A DNA stretch of 64,000 bases, from the NCBI GenBank assembly GCA_963832225.1, contig CAWHTI010000001.1, forward strand, positions 197,033 to 261,032. Reading direction: 5' to 3'. This document shows, one piece after another, positions 28,966 through 38,563 of the stretch; position 1 is the first letter of the stretch, and the number at the start of each line of letters is the position of its first letter. The stretch comes from an uncultured Actinomycetes bacterium. GTDB lineage: Bacteria > Actinomycetota > UBA4738 > HRBIN12. Under the pieces are notes generated by a model. It ran no database searches. It saw nothing but the letters and a program-made list of their open reading frames with translations, and was not told the origin of the DNA. The translations under genes and the position numbers were made by a program.

Positions 28966-29569
28966 GAGGGGGCCCCGGACGGCCCTTCGACACGAACGGG
29001 TCGTCCGCGACCCGGAACCGCCACGGATGGTCGAGCCCGGCGCTGATGCCCACGCGGATCCCGGCGACGATCTCCGCCGGCTCCGACCGGCGACCCCGCC
29101 TCGAGCCAGATCCGTGCGGCCGCGGACCAGATCCTCGCCGTCCAGGCCGCGGTCCACGTCCATCGCCTGGCAGAGCTTCCCGGGGCCGGAGCCCAGCTCG
29201 ATGTCGCGCTCGCGACCCCGGCGTCGCGCCATCTCCGCGAGGCCCTCCACCGGACGCGCCGCGCGGAGCAGCACGGCGCTCGGGTCGCCGTCGCGGCGCG
29301 TGACCACGTTCATCATCCAGTGGTTGCCGTACGTGAAGTAGACGTAGAGCCGTCCCGGCGGGCCGAACATCGTGGCGTTGCGCGCGCTCCTGCGCCGATA
29401 GCCGTGGCTCGCGGGATCGCCCGGCTCGTAGGCCTCGGTCTCGACGATCGACGCCGACAGGCGCGTGCCGTCGGCCAGCGAGCCGCACGAGCGTGCGGCC
29501 GAGGAGGTCGGGCGCCACCTCGACGGCCGGCCGGGCGAAGAAGGTGCGCGGCAGGCGCCGGCGACTCAG
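28877..29569 (-). CDS. mpg: DNA-3-methyladenine glycosylase (Mpg/AAG family), about three apparent frameshifts; ORF runs on through the repeat array; only a CTG (or a distant GTG) is available as start
   Basis: The pieces are LPRTFFARPAVEVAPDLLGRTLVRL, then LADGTRLSASIVETEAYEPGDPASHGYRRRSARNATMFGPPGRLYVYFTYGNHWMMNVV..GPGKLCQAM, then IVAGIRVGISAGLDHPWRFRVADDPFVS. Shifts are near 29478 and 29060-29110. Confidence 0.8.
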   Translation of the reverse strand: MSRRRLPRTFFARPAVEVAPDLLGRTLVRLAGRRHAPVGVDRRDRGLRAGRSREPRLSAQERAQRHDVRPAGTALRLLHVRQPLDDERGHAPRRRPERRAAPRGASGGGPRGDGATPGSRARHRAGLRPREALPGDGRGPRPGRRGSGPRPHGSGSRRGRRSEPAEIVAGIRVGISAGLDHPWRFRVADDPFVSKGRPGPPRGSRSEAVAPQGGSSSEAVALQGAQVAKR

Positions 29570-31293
29570 GCGGGCCGCCCCTTCCGCAGGAACGTCGTGA
29601 GCTTCGTGATCGGCCACGTGTTGATGACGTCGTCGCGGGTGAGCCAGCCACGCTGCGCGGTGGCGACGCCGTAGGGCATCACGTCGAGGTGCTTGACCGC
29701 GTGGGAGTCGGTGTCGACCGAGAACCGCACGCCGTGCCGGCGCGCCCAGAGCACATGCTCGTCCCGTAGGTCGAGGCGGTCGGGATAGGCGTTGATCTCC
29801 AGCGCCGTGCCGGTCCGGGCCGCCGCGCGGAACACCTCCTCGAGGTCGAGGTCGATCGGCGGCCGCCTGCCGATCTTGCGGCCCGTGAGGTGGCCGATGA
29901 TGTTCACGTGCGGGTTCTCCATGGCGCGGATCACCCGGCGCGTCATCTCCTCGCGCGGCTGGGTGAAGTGCGAGTGCACCGAGGCCACCGTGACGTCGAA
30001 GCCCGACAGGAACTCCGCGTCCCAGTCGACGTTGCCTTCGGGATCGATGTTGAGCTCCGTGCCGTGGAGCAGCCGCATCTTCGGGTAGCGCTCCTGCAGC
30101 GAGCGGAGCTGCACCCGCTGAGCCAACATCTTCTCGTCCGTCATGCGCTGCATCCACAGGTTCGGCGCGTGGTCGGTCACGGCGTAGTACGCGTACCGGT
30201 GCGCGGCCGCGGCCTCGAGCATCGTCTCGAGCGACGCGACGCCGTCGGTGAGGTTCGTGTGCGTGTGCAGGTCGCCGCGCAGATCGCTGCGTTCCAGCAC
30301 CGTGGGCAGGGTGCCGGCCAGGGCCGCCTCGACCTCGCCGCGATCCTCACGCATCGTGGGCGGGATCCACGGCAGGCCCAGGCGCTCGTACACCTCCTCC
30401 TCCGTCTGGGCGACGATCAGATCGCCGCTCTTCGCGACGAACAGTCCGTACTCGCTCAGCTTGAGCCCCGCGCGGACCGCGATCTCGCGGATCCGGATGT
30501 TGTGGGCCTTCGAGCCGGTGAAGTAGATCATCGCGGCGCCCCAGACCTCGAGCGGGACGACCCGCAGGTCGACCTGGAGTCCCGAGCGCGTGAGGATCGA
30601 GGACTTCGTCTCGCCCTTCGCCAGGACGCGATCCACGACCCCGTGGCCGGTGAACGCGTCCATGACCGGCGCGGCGTCGTCGGCGGCGACGAGCAGGTCC
30701 ACGTCCCCGATCGTCTCGGCCATGCGCCGCAACGAGCCCGCGTGGTCGGCGCGACGGACGACGGGGATCGCCCGCAGCCGCTCCAGGAGCAGCTCCGCGA
30801 GCTCCAGTGCCACGTCCACCTGAACCCGCCCGCCGGTCTCCTGCACCCGGACGACCCCGGCGAGGATGTTCTCCTCCGTCTTCTTGGAGAAGCCCTTGAG
30901 GCCCCGGAGCGATCCGTCCTGCGCCGCCGCGACCAGATCCTCCACCGTCGCGATGCCGAGCTCCTGGTACACGAGCATCGCCTTCTTCGGGCCGAAGTTC
31001 GGCAGGGCCGTCATCTCGCGCACGCCGGGCGGGATCTTCGCCCGCAGCTCCTCCAACTCCGGGAACGTCCCCGATCGAAGGAACTCCACGATCTTGTCCG
31101 CGATCGACCGGCCGACGTTGGGGATCGCCAGGATCCCCTGTTCGTCGAGACCGGCGAGATCCGCATGGTGACCGCCCACCGAGCGTGCGGCCTTCTCGTA
31201 GGCGCGTGGCTTGTACGGGTCGCCCGCGACGATCGAGAGCAGATCCGCGAACTCGTACAGCATGGCCTCGACGGCGTCGTTGGTCCGCGCCAC
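29566..31293 (-). CDS. polX: Family X DNA polymerase with a C-terminal PHP domain
   Basis: Intact 575-aa ORF: helix-hairpin-helix N-terminus (..IPNVGRSIADKIVEF..LPNFGPKKA), GSLRR..ETIGDVDLLV, then PHP (DLHTHTNLTDG..VTDHAP..). GTG start at 31293. Confidence 0.85.
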   Translation of the reverse strand: MARTNDAVEAMLYEFADLLSIVAGDPYKPRAYEKAARSVGGHHADLAGLDEQGILAIPNVGRSIADKIVEFLRSGTFPELEELRAKIPPGVREMTALPNFGPKKAMLVYQELGIATVEDLVAAAQDGSLRGLKGFSKKTEENILAGVVRVQETGGRVQVDVALELAELLLERLRAIPVVRRADHAGSLRRMAETIGDVDLLVAADDAAPVMDAFTGHGVVDRVLAKGETKSSILTRSGLQVDLRVVPLEVWGAAMIYFTGSKAHNIRIREIAVRAGLKLSEYGLFVAKSGDLIVAQTEEEVYERLGLPWIPPTMREDRGEVEAALAGTLPTVLERSDLRGDLHTHTNLTDGVASLETMLEAAAAHRYAYYAVTDHAPNLWMQRMTDEKMLAQRVQLRSLQERYPKMRLLHGTELNIDPEGNVDWDAEFLSGFDVTVASVHSHFTQPREEMTRRVIRAMENPHVNIIGHLTGRKIGRRPPIDLDLEEVFRAAARTGTALEINAYPDRLDLRDEHVLWARRHGVRFSVDTDSHAVKHLDVMPYGVATAQRGWLTRDDVINTWPITKLTTFLRKGRPA

Positions 31294-31296
31294 GAC

Positions 31297-32217
31297 CTAC
31301 GCGAGGCCGAGGAGCCGAAGGAGCAGCGCCCGTTGCGTGTGCACGCGGTTCTCCGCCTGATCCCACACGGCCGAGTGCGGCCCGTCGATCACCTCGTCGG
31401 TGATCTCCTGCCCGCGATGGGCCGGAAGGCAGTGCAGCACCACGACGTCGTCGGCGGCCACGTCCACGAGCTTCTGGCTCACCTGATAGGCGGGGAAGAC
31501 GAGGGCGCGCTCATCGGACTCCGCCTCCTGCCCCATGCTCGCCCACACGTCCGTGTACAGGACGTCGGCGTCGGTGGCGGCCTCCATGGGATCGTGCAGG
31601 ATCTCGACCGCCCCGCCCGTCCGCGGCGGCGATCTCCTCCGCGCGGTGCACCACCTGCGGGATCGGCTCGAAGCCGGGCGGGGTGGCGCACCGGACCGTC
31701 ATGCCCGAGAGCGCGCCGGCAAGGAGCAGTGAGTGGGCGACGTTGTTGCCGTCGCCCAGGTACACCAGGGTGCGGCCGGCGAGCGACCCCAGCCGCTCCT
31801 GCACCGTGAGCAGATCGGCGAGCGCCTGGCACGGATGCTCGAAGTCGGACAGGGAGTTCACCACGGGCACGGACGCCGACCGGGCCAGCACCTCCAGGCG
31901 CTCCTGCTCGAAGGTCCGCAGGACGATGGCATCGACGTACCGGGAGAGCACGCGGCCCGTGTCCTCGATCGTCTCCCCGCGGCCCAGCTGGAGGTCGCTC
32001 GCGTTCAACACCACCGCGTGTCCGCCGCTGGAGCTCACCGCCACTTCGAACGAGACGCGCGTCCGCGTGGACGGTTTCTCGAAGATCAACGCTGCGGAGC
32101 GCCCGCGCAGGTGCTCGGCGTAGGCCTCGGGCCGCGCCTTCACGTCGACCGACAGCCGCAGCAGATCCGCCAGTTCGCCGGAGTCCAGATCGTCGACGCT
32201 CAGGAAGTCCTTCTTCA
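31297..32217 (-). CDS. argF: Ornithine carbamoyltransferase, one apparent frameshift near 31615-31640
   Basis: VKKDFLSVDDL..FEKPSTRTRVSFE..FEHPCQALADL..GDGNNVAHS is in the 31511..36175 frame. The C-terminus DADVLYTDVWASMGQE..VLHCLPAHRGQEI is ORF 31297..31587. Confidence 0.9.
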
Positions 32218-32298
32218 CGGCGCGGAGTCTACCGGCTGCCGCCGAACACCGGGAATCGGTGTCGGTGTGATCGGGTGGGTCGTGGCGGAGACCCGCGG

Positions 32299-34687
32299 TC
32301 AGCCGGCCCGCAGCGTCGCGCCGAAACCCGCGGAGAGCCGCTCGACGATCGCCACGACCGCTCGGTCCGCCTCGTCGCCGGTCAGGGTCCGGTCGGGCGC
32401 GCGGAACTCGACGGCGAAGGCCAGGCTCTTGGTCCCCGGCGGCAGGGGATCGCCCCGGTGCACATCGAACAGCAGCGAGGAGCCCAGCAGCTCGCCGGCC
32501 GCCTCCCGGAGCGCGACGCCGACGGCGCCCGCCGCGGCCTCCTCCGGGACCACGAACGCCAGGTCCCGGCGCACCGGCGGGAACCGGGGCACGTCGGCCA
32601 GGTCGAACCGGGCAGCTTCGGCCGCCGCGCGCAGCGCCTCCACATCCAACTCGGCGAGGGCGACGCGCCCGTCGAGCTCCAGGTCTGCCGCCGACGCGGG
32701 GATGGAGCTCCCCGACCACGCCGGCCGGCCGGCCGTCGATCAGGACCGTCGCGGACCGGCCGGGGTGCATCGGCGCGCCCGCCGGATCGCCGTGCGACCA
32801 GGTCTCGATCCGCAGCTCCTCGAACACGGCCTCGAGCACACCGGTCGCGTCGAGGGCGTCGAACGGGCGTGGGCCGCTGTGCCACCCCTCGGCGGCGGGG
32901 CCGTTGAGCACCACGGCGACCGCGGTCCGCTCGGCCACCGGATCCCCCATGCGGAACACGGTGCCGACCTCGAACAGCGGCACCGACCGGACCGCGCCCG
33001 CCCGGTTGCGCGCGGCCGCCCGGAGCAGGCCGGGGATGAGTCTCGTGCGCAGGAACGACTCGTCCGCCTGCAGGGGGTTCGCCAGTCGAACCGCCTCCTC
33101 CTCGCGATCCCCCATGAGAGCCAGGTCGTCCTGCGAGGCGAACGAGAGCAGCCGTGTCTCGTGCAGGCCGGCTCGCAGCAGGATCTCGCGCAGCCGGCGC
33201 ACGAACGCGTACGGGGCCGGCAGCCCGCCGGCCTGGTGGACGGTGGGCATCGTGGACTCGATGCGGTCGTAGCCCTGGATGCGGGCCACCTCCTCGATGA
33301 GGTCGACCTCGCCCTCGATGTCCACGCGGTAGCCGGGCACCTCCACCGCGAGCCGGTCCGGCTCAGGCGAGCTCGACGGCATGCGCAGCGTCTCGAAGAC
33401 CTTCTGGGCGTCCCCGGCGCCGACCTCGTAGCCGAGCAGGGCGGTCGCGCGCGAGGGGCGCATCTCCACCCACCGCCGGGGCGGGCTCTCACCGTCCTCG
33501 GCGACACCTCGGAGCACGCTGCCCCCGCTCCACGCAGCGATCAGACCCGCGCAGCGGGCCGCCCCGAGCGGCGGTGCCTCGGGATCCGTCCCCCGCTCGA
33601 ACCGATGGGACGCCTCGCTGTGCAGGCCGAGGCGGCGCGCGGTGCGCAGCACGCCGGTGCGCGTGAAGTACGCCGCCTCCAGGAGGATCGACGACGTGTG
33701 CTCGGAGACCTCGGCCTCGGCGCCGCCCATCACGCCGGCGACCGCCACCGGCCGTTCCAGGTCGCAGATCAGCAGGTCCTCAGAGGTCAGTCCGCGCTCG
33801 ACGTCGTCGAGCGTCCGCAGCCGTTCGCCGTCCCCGGCGCGGCGGACGACGATGCCGGGGCCCGCGAGCCGATCGAGGTCGAACGCGTGCAGGGGCTGGC
33901 CGAGCTCGAGCATGGCGTAGTTCGTGGCGTCGACCACCGCGTTGATCGGCCGCATGCCCGAGGCCGTCAGCCGCGCCTGCACGCGCAGCGGCGATGCGGC
34001 CGGGCGCACCCCGCGGATCACCCGCGCCAGGTAGCGAGGGCAGCCCTCACGATCGCGCAGCTCGATCGTGGCCGCGTCGGCCGCCGCCTCGTCGGTCTCC
34101 TCCACGGCGAGGTCGGGTTCGAGCAGCGGGACGCCCGTGGCCGCCGCGACCTCCCTGGCGACACCGAAGACGGACAGGAAGTCAGGCCGGTTCGGCTCCA
34201 CCTCGATGTCGAGGACCGCGTCGTCCAGCCCGAGAGCGGCCTTGACGTCGGCGCCCGGCTCGAGCTCCTGATCGTTCAGCAGCAGGATCCCGCCGTGGTC
34301 GGCGGAGATCCCCAGCTCGTCGGGCGCGCAGAGCATCCCGTTGGAGACGACGCCACGGAGCTCCTTCGCCGCCAGCGGCGCCGGCAGGATCGGCACACGG
34401 GACCCCGGCCTGGCCCAGGGCACGACGTCGCCCGGCGCCATGTTGCGGACGCCGACCACCACCTGATGCGTCCCCGCTCCGTCCTGCACCTGCGCCACGC
34501 ACAGCCGATCCGAGCCGGGGTGGTCGGCCACCTCCACGACGCGCGCCGCCACGACGCCGTCCAGGCCGGTCCACGGTCGCAGGACGCCCTCGATCTTGAC
34601 GCCGCGCGCGTTGATGAGCTCGGCGAGCTCGTCGGCGTCCAGGTCCGTCTGCGCGAACTCGCGCAGCCACGAGAGCACCACCTTCAT
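32299..34687 (-). CDS. pheT: Phenylalanine--tRNA ligase beta subunit, one apparent frameshift near 32690
   Basis: MKVVLSWLREFAQTDLDADELAELINARGVKIEG.. through ..GVVGELHPRV is in the 31511..36175 frame. The tail LDVEALRAAAE..FPPVRRDLAFVV..SLAFAVEFRAPDRTLT is ORF 32299..32649. The ATG at 34687 overlaps the pheS stop. Confidence 0.9.
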
Positions 34688-35740
34688 GCCGTCGCTCCCC
34701 ACTGCGAGAGGAACCGCACGTCGCCCTCGGCGAGCAGTCGGATGTCCGGGATCGCGTAGCGGAGCAGCGCGACGCGGTCGATCCCGAGGCCGAAGGCGAA
34801 GCCCGTGTACCGCTCGGGGTCGTACCCGCAGTTCTCGAGGACCCGCGGATGCACCATGCCGCACCCGAGCAGCTCGATCCACCCCGAGCCGCAGATCCGG
34901 CAGCCCGCGCCGTCGCACGCGAAGCACGACACGCCCAGCTCCGCGCCCGGCTCGACGAACGGGAAGTACGCCGGCCCGAGCCGCACGCGACGATCCTCGC
35001 CGAACAGCTCCTTGGCCACGGTCTCCAGCACGCCCTTCATGTCGCCGAACGTGATGCCCTCGTCCACCGCCAGCCCCTCGACCTGATGGAAGACCGGCGA
35101 ATGGGTGGGGTCGGGCGTCTCCCGCCGGTACACGCGGCCCGGCGCCACGACGTACACGGGCGGCGGCTGCGACTGCATCGTTCGGATCTGCACCGCCGAG
35201 GTCTCCGTGCGCAGCAACAGCTCCGGGTGGCCCGGTACGTCCACGTAGAGGGAGTCCTTCACGGTGCGTGCCGGATGGTCGGGCGGGATGTTGAGCGCCT
35301 GGAAGTTGTGCCAGTCGTCCTCGATCTCCGGCCCCTCGGCCACCCGGAATCCGAGGCGCTGGAAGACGTCGACGATCTCGTATTCGAGGAGGGTCACGGG
35401 GTGCAGCGAGCCGCGGCGGGGGCGCCGGCCAGGCAGGGTCATGTCCAGCCGGTCCGCCTCCAGCAGTGACGCCTCGGCCGCTTCCCGGAGGGCCGCGAGC
35501 CTGGCCGCGAGGCCGTCCTGCAGCGCGGCGCGGACCTCGTTGGCGGTGCGGCCGACCGCGCGCCGGTCGCTCCTCCGACATGCCGCCGAGCGACCGTTGG
35601 AGCTCACCGAGTCGGGACCGGCGACCCATCACCGCCGATTGCGCTGCCTCCAACGCATCGAGATCGGCGGCTGCGGCGAAGAGCGCGAGCCCGCGCTCGC
35701 GCTCCTCCTCGAACGCGCGCTGCGCCTCGGCACGGTCCAT
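34684..35740 (-). CDS. pheS: Phenylalanine--tRNA ligase alpha subunit, one apparent frameshift near 35568
   Basis: The N-terminus is MDRAEAQRAFEEERERGLALFAAAADLDALEAAQSAVMGRRSRLGELQRSLGGMSEE. It continues in ORF 34684..35607 with ..HPVTLLEYEIVDVF..FQALNIPPDHPAR..LLRTETSAVQIR..FPFVEPGAE.. Confidence 0.9.
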
Positions 35741-35780
35741 GGACGCCGAGTGTACAGGCGCCCCCCGGGGCGGTAGCCCG

Positions 35781-37211
35781 TCAGCCGGACGTCGAGAGCG
35801 GCAGCTCGAGATGGAACACGAGGCGTCCGTCGAGCACCTCGGCCCACGTGCGACCGCCCTGGGCCTGCACCACACCTCGGGCCACGTACAGGCCGATCTT
35901 GCTGCCCGAGCCGGTCCCGGGCTTGCGCGGGAGGTACAGCTGCTCGGCGCCGTCCGTGTCGACCTCGGCGCCGTCGCGGACGACCCGCAGGTGGAGGACG
36001 TCGCCGGTGCGCTCGGCCTCGACGGCGATCTCGCCCCGGCGCGCCCACCAGACCTCGGCCTCGACGAAGGCGAGCAGCGTGGTTCGCAGCCGCGCCGGGT
36101 CGAGCAGGATCGTGCCCACCTCGCCCCGCCAATCCAGACCGGGATGGTCGGGGTCGCGGCGCAGGTGCTCCCCAAGGTCCTGCACCAGCTGCCTCAGGTC
36201 GATCTGCTCGGGGAACAGCTCGAGGCTCCCGGCCACGACGCGGGCGGCGTCGACGAGCTGCCGGACGATCGTGTCCATCCGATCCGCGTCGTACACGATG
36301 CCCTGCAGCATCATCGCGCGCTGGTCGTCCGTCATGGCCTCCCACCGCCGCTCCAGCGCGTACCCGAAGCCCTTCATCGCGGTGAGTGGCGAGCGGATGT
36401 CGTGCGCCGACGCGGCCACGATCGTCTCGAGCGCCTCGCGCGATCCCTGTCGCCGGCGGCGCGTCCACTCGAACAGGCAGACGGTGGCCGCCGCGGCGAG
36501 ATTGAGGGACTCGGCCCGCCCGGCGTGCGGGACGCGCACCACCGCGTCCGCCTCACGGACCACCTCCTCGGGCAGGCCGTGCGCCTCGTTGCCGAACACG
36601 AACGCAACCGGCCCCCACAGGTCCTCGTCGTAGATGTCCTGCGCTCCGTCGGCGGCCATCGCGAGGATGCGGAAGCCGCGACCTCGGAGGTGGCCGAGCG
36701 CATCGGCGGTCGAGACACCGCGGACGACCGGCAGGTGGAACAGGGACCCCGCGGAGGCTCGGACCGTCTTGGGGTTGTACACGTCCACCGACGTCTCGGT
36801 GAACACCACGCCCGCGGCGCCCGCGGCGTCGGCCGATCGCAGCACCGTCCCGGCGTTCCCGGGATCGCGGACCTCGTGCAGGACCGCGACGCAGCCCGTG
36901 GCCAGCGCCTCGAGGCCCACGTCGACGTGCGGCACCACCCCCACCAGCCCCTGAGGCGTCACCGTCGACGTGAGCCTGCCCATCACGTCCTCGCTCACCA
37001 GATGAACCTCGGCACCCGCCCGCCCGGCCTGAACCACCAGGGGGTCGACCTCGTTCACCGCGAAGAGCGTCTCCAGCAGCCGGTCCCCGGCCAGGGCCTC
37101 GCGGACGGCCTGGGGGCCCTCGGCCAGGAAGTGCCCGTCCTCCTCCCTGAAGGCGTGCCGCTTGAGTCGGACGGCCTGTGCGACCTTCGGATTCCTGGCG
37201 GAGGTGATCAC
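35781..37211 (-). CDS. Fusion protein: SpoU/TrmH-family RNA 2'-O-methyltransferase (aa 1-255) plus HisKA H-box and a degenerate HATPase_c-like domain (aa 258-472)
   Basis: Uninterrupted 476-codon ORF with a GTG start. SpoU motifs: DPGNAGTVLRSA, FVFGNEAHGL, RAESLNLAAAATVCLFE. These are followed by SAHDIRSPLTAMKGFGYAL and ..GTGSGSKIGLYVARGVVQAQGGRTWAEV... Confidence 0.75.
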   Translation of the reverse strand: MITSARNPKVAQAVRLKRHAFREEDGHFLAEGPQAVREALAGDRLLETLFAVNEVDPLVVQAGRAGAEVHLVSEDVMGRLTSTVTPQGLVGVVPHVDVGLEALATGCVAVLHEVRDPGNAGTVLRSADAAGAAGVVFTETSVDVYNPKTVRASAGSLFHLPVVRGVSTADALGHLRGRGFRILAMAADGAQDIYDEDLWGPVAFVFGNEAHGLPEEVVREADAVVRVPHAGRAESLNLAAAATVCLFEWTRRRRQGSREALETIVAASAHDIRSPLTAMKGFGYALERRWEAMTDDQRAMMLQGIVYDADRMDTIVRQLVDAARVVAGSLELFPEQIDLRQLVQDLGEHLRRDPDHPGLDWRGEVGTILLDPARLRTTLLAFVEAEVWWARRGEIAVEAERTGDVLHLRVVRDGAEVDTDGAEQLYLPRKPGTGSGSKIGLYVARGVVQAQGGRTWAEVLDGRLVFHLELPLSTSG

Positions 37212-37271
37212 CGGGCCCCCTCGCGGATCGACGGCGGGGGTCGGGCGGGAGCCCCCGGGAGCGGCGGTGAC

Positions 37272-37643
37272 CTAGCGCCCGGCGCCGGCCGAGGACGCGG
37301 CCTTGGCCGTCTCGACGAGCTGCGCGAACGCCGCCGGGTCGTGGACGGCCAGGTCGGCGAGGATCTTGCGATCGACCTCGACCCCGGCGGTCTTGAGCCC
37401 GTTGATGAACACGGAATAGGAGATGCCGTGCGGACGCACGCCGGCGTTGATCCGCGTGATCCAGAGCCTGCGGAACTGGGCCTTGCGGTCGCGGCGGTCG
37501 CGGTACGCGTAGACGCCGGAGTGCTGGACCTGCTCCTTGGCCATGCGGTAGCGCTTGCGGCGCACACCCGTGTAGCCCTTCGCGGCCTCCAGGATCTCCC
37601 GGCGCTTCTTCTTCGCGTTGACGGATCGCTTCACTCGCGCCAT
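37272..37643 (-). CDS. rplT: 50S ribosomal protein L20
   Basis: [44 protein letters not shown]. Confidence 0.97.
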   Translation of the reverse strand: MARVKRSVNAKKKRREILEAAKGYTGVRRKRYRMAKEQVQHSGVYAYRDRRDRKAQFRRLWITRINAGVRPHGISYSVFINGLKTAGVEVDRKILADLAVHDPAAFAQLVETAKAASSAGAGR

Positions 37644-37647
37644 GTGG

Positions 37648-37839
37648 TCACTTCCCCAGGAGTCGGCGGATGTTGGTCCGCTCGGCGGTCACCTCGGCCA
37701 TGCCCTCGATCCGGCGCCGGCGGCTCCCGGACTTCTTCGTGAGCATGTGGTTCCCCGTCGCTTTGCGGTGCAGGACCTTACCGTTTCGGGTGATCCGGAA
37801 CCGCTTCGACGTGGCGCTGTGAGTCTTCTGCTTGGGCAT
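37648..37839 (-). CDS. rpmI: 50S ribosomal protein L35
   Basis: [36 protein letters not shown]. Confidence 0.95.
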   Translation of the reverse strand: MPKQKTHSATSKRFRITRNGKVLHRKATGNHMLTKKSGSRRRRIEGMAEVTAERTNIRRLLGK

Positions 37840-37852
37840 GCGTTCCTCCGTA

Positions 37853-37920
37853 AGGCCTACCGCTCCGCTACTTGAGGCCTATCTCCATGAGGCCTACCGC
37901 TCCGCTACTTGAGGCCTATC
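37853..37920. repeat. Two identical 31-nt hairpin-forming repeats (minus sense: AGGCCT-CAAGTAGCGGAGCGGT-AGGCCT), 37-nt period, in the infC-rpmI spacer
   Basis: aggcctaccgctccgctacttgaggcctatc occurs at 37853-37883 and 37890-37920. The second copy overlaps the infC stop codon. The loop is related to the repeats at 28868-28965. Confidence 0.85.
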
Positions 37921-38467
37921 CTTCGCTGGCTGCGGGAGCCTGATCCGGCGCCTCCTCGGCGTGGTCGGACTCCTTCTTCTTCGTCGGGGCGACGACCATG
38001 ATCATGTTGCGGCCGTCCTGCTTGGGCGCCGAGTCCACGACCGCCATGTCGGCCAGGTCGACGACCAGCCGGTCCAGGATCTTCCGGCCGAGCTCCGTGT
38101 GCGCCATCTCGCGCCCGCGGAACATGATGGTCACCTTCACGCGCTGCCCCGCCCGAAGGAACCGCTCGACGTGCCCCTTCTTCGTGGCGTAGTCGTGCGG
38201 GTCGATCTTCGGTCGGAACTTGATCTCCTTGACGTCGATCCTGGACTGCTTCTTGCGGGCCTCCTTCTGACGGATGTCCCGCTCGTACTTGTACTTGCCG
38301 TAGTCCATGATCCGGCACACCGGGGGCGTGGCCTGCGGTGCGACCTCGACGAGATCCAGATCCAGATCGCGCGCCTGCCGGAGCGCGTCGGCGACCTCGA
38401 CGATGCCGATCTGCGAACCGTCGGCGCCCACCAGGCGCACCTGGGGAGACCTGATCCTGTCGTTCAC
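37916..38467 (-). CDS. infC: Translation initiation factor IF-3 (true start codon ambiguous)
   Basis: [59 protein letters not shown] perfect GGAGGTGAT lies 23 nt upstream of the GTG at 38467. An ATG directly after it is out of frame. Confidence 0.9.
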   Translation of the reverse strand: MNDRIRSPQVRLVGADGSQIGIVEVADALRQARDLDLDLVEVAPQATPPVCRIMDYGKYKYERDIRQKEARKKQSRIDVKEIKFRPKIDPHDYATKKGHVERFLRAGQRVKVTIMFRGREMAHTELGRKILDRLVVDLADMAVVDSAPKQDGRNMIMVVAPTKKKESDHAEEAPDQAPAASEG

Positions 38468-38502
38468 GCGTGGATCTTGAGAGACCCCGCATCACCTCCA
38501 CG

Positions 38503-38531
38503 ATAAAAAGATGCACCGGACCCGCCGGCGC
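38503..38531 (-). terminator. Attenuator-like intrinsic terminator in the infC leader (stem GCGCCGG/CCGGUGC followed by AUCUUUUUAU)
   Basis: The minus sense reads gcgccggcgggtccggtgcatcttttta: a 7-bp stem with one G-U pair and a U-run, which is rare in this GC-rich sequence. It lies 35-60 nt upstream of the infC start. Confidence 0.5.
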
Positions 38532-38563
38532 ACGCTGGAACCTTGGGCGAAGACGTTCGGGCA

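Noticed and set aside
31511-36175. 1554-aa ORF spanning argF, pheT, pheS and part of the trmH-kinase gene
   Set aside because: It has the same frame-chimera explanation. It contains genuine ArgF, PheT and PheS N-terminal segments linked by nonsense read-through across gene boundaries and frameshift sites.
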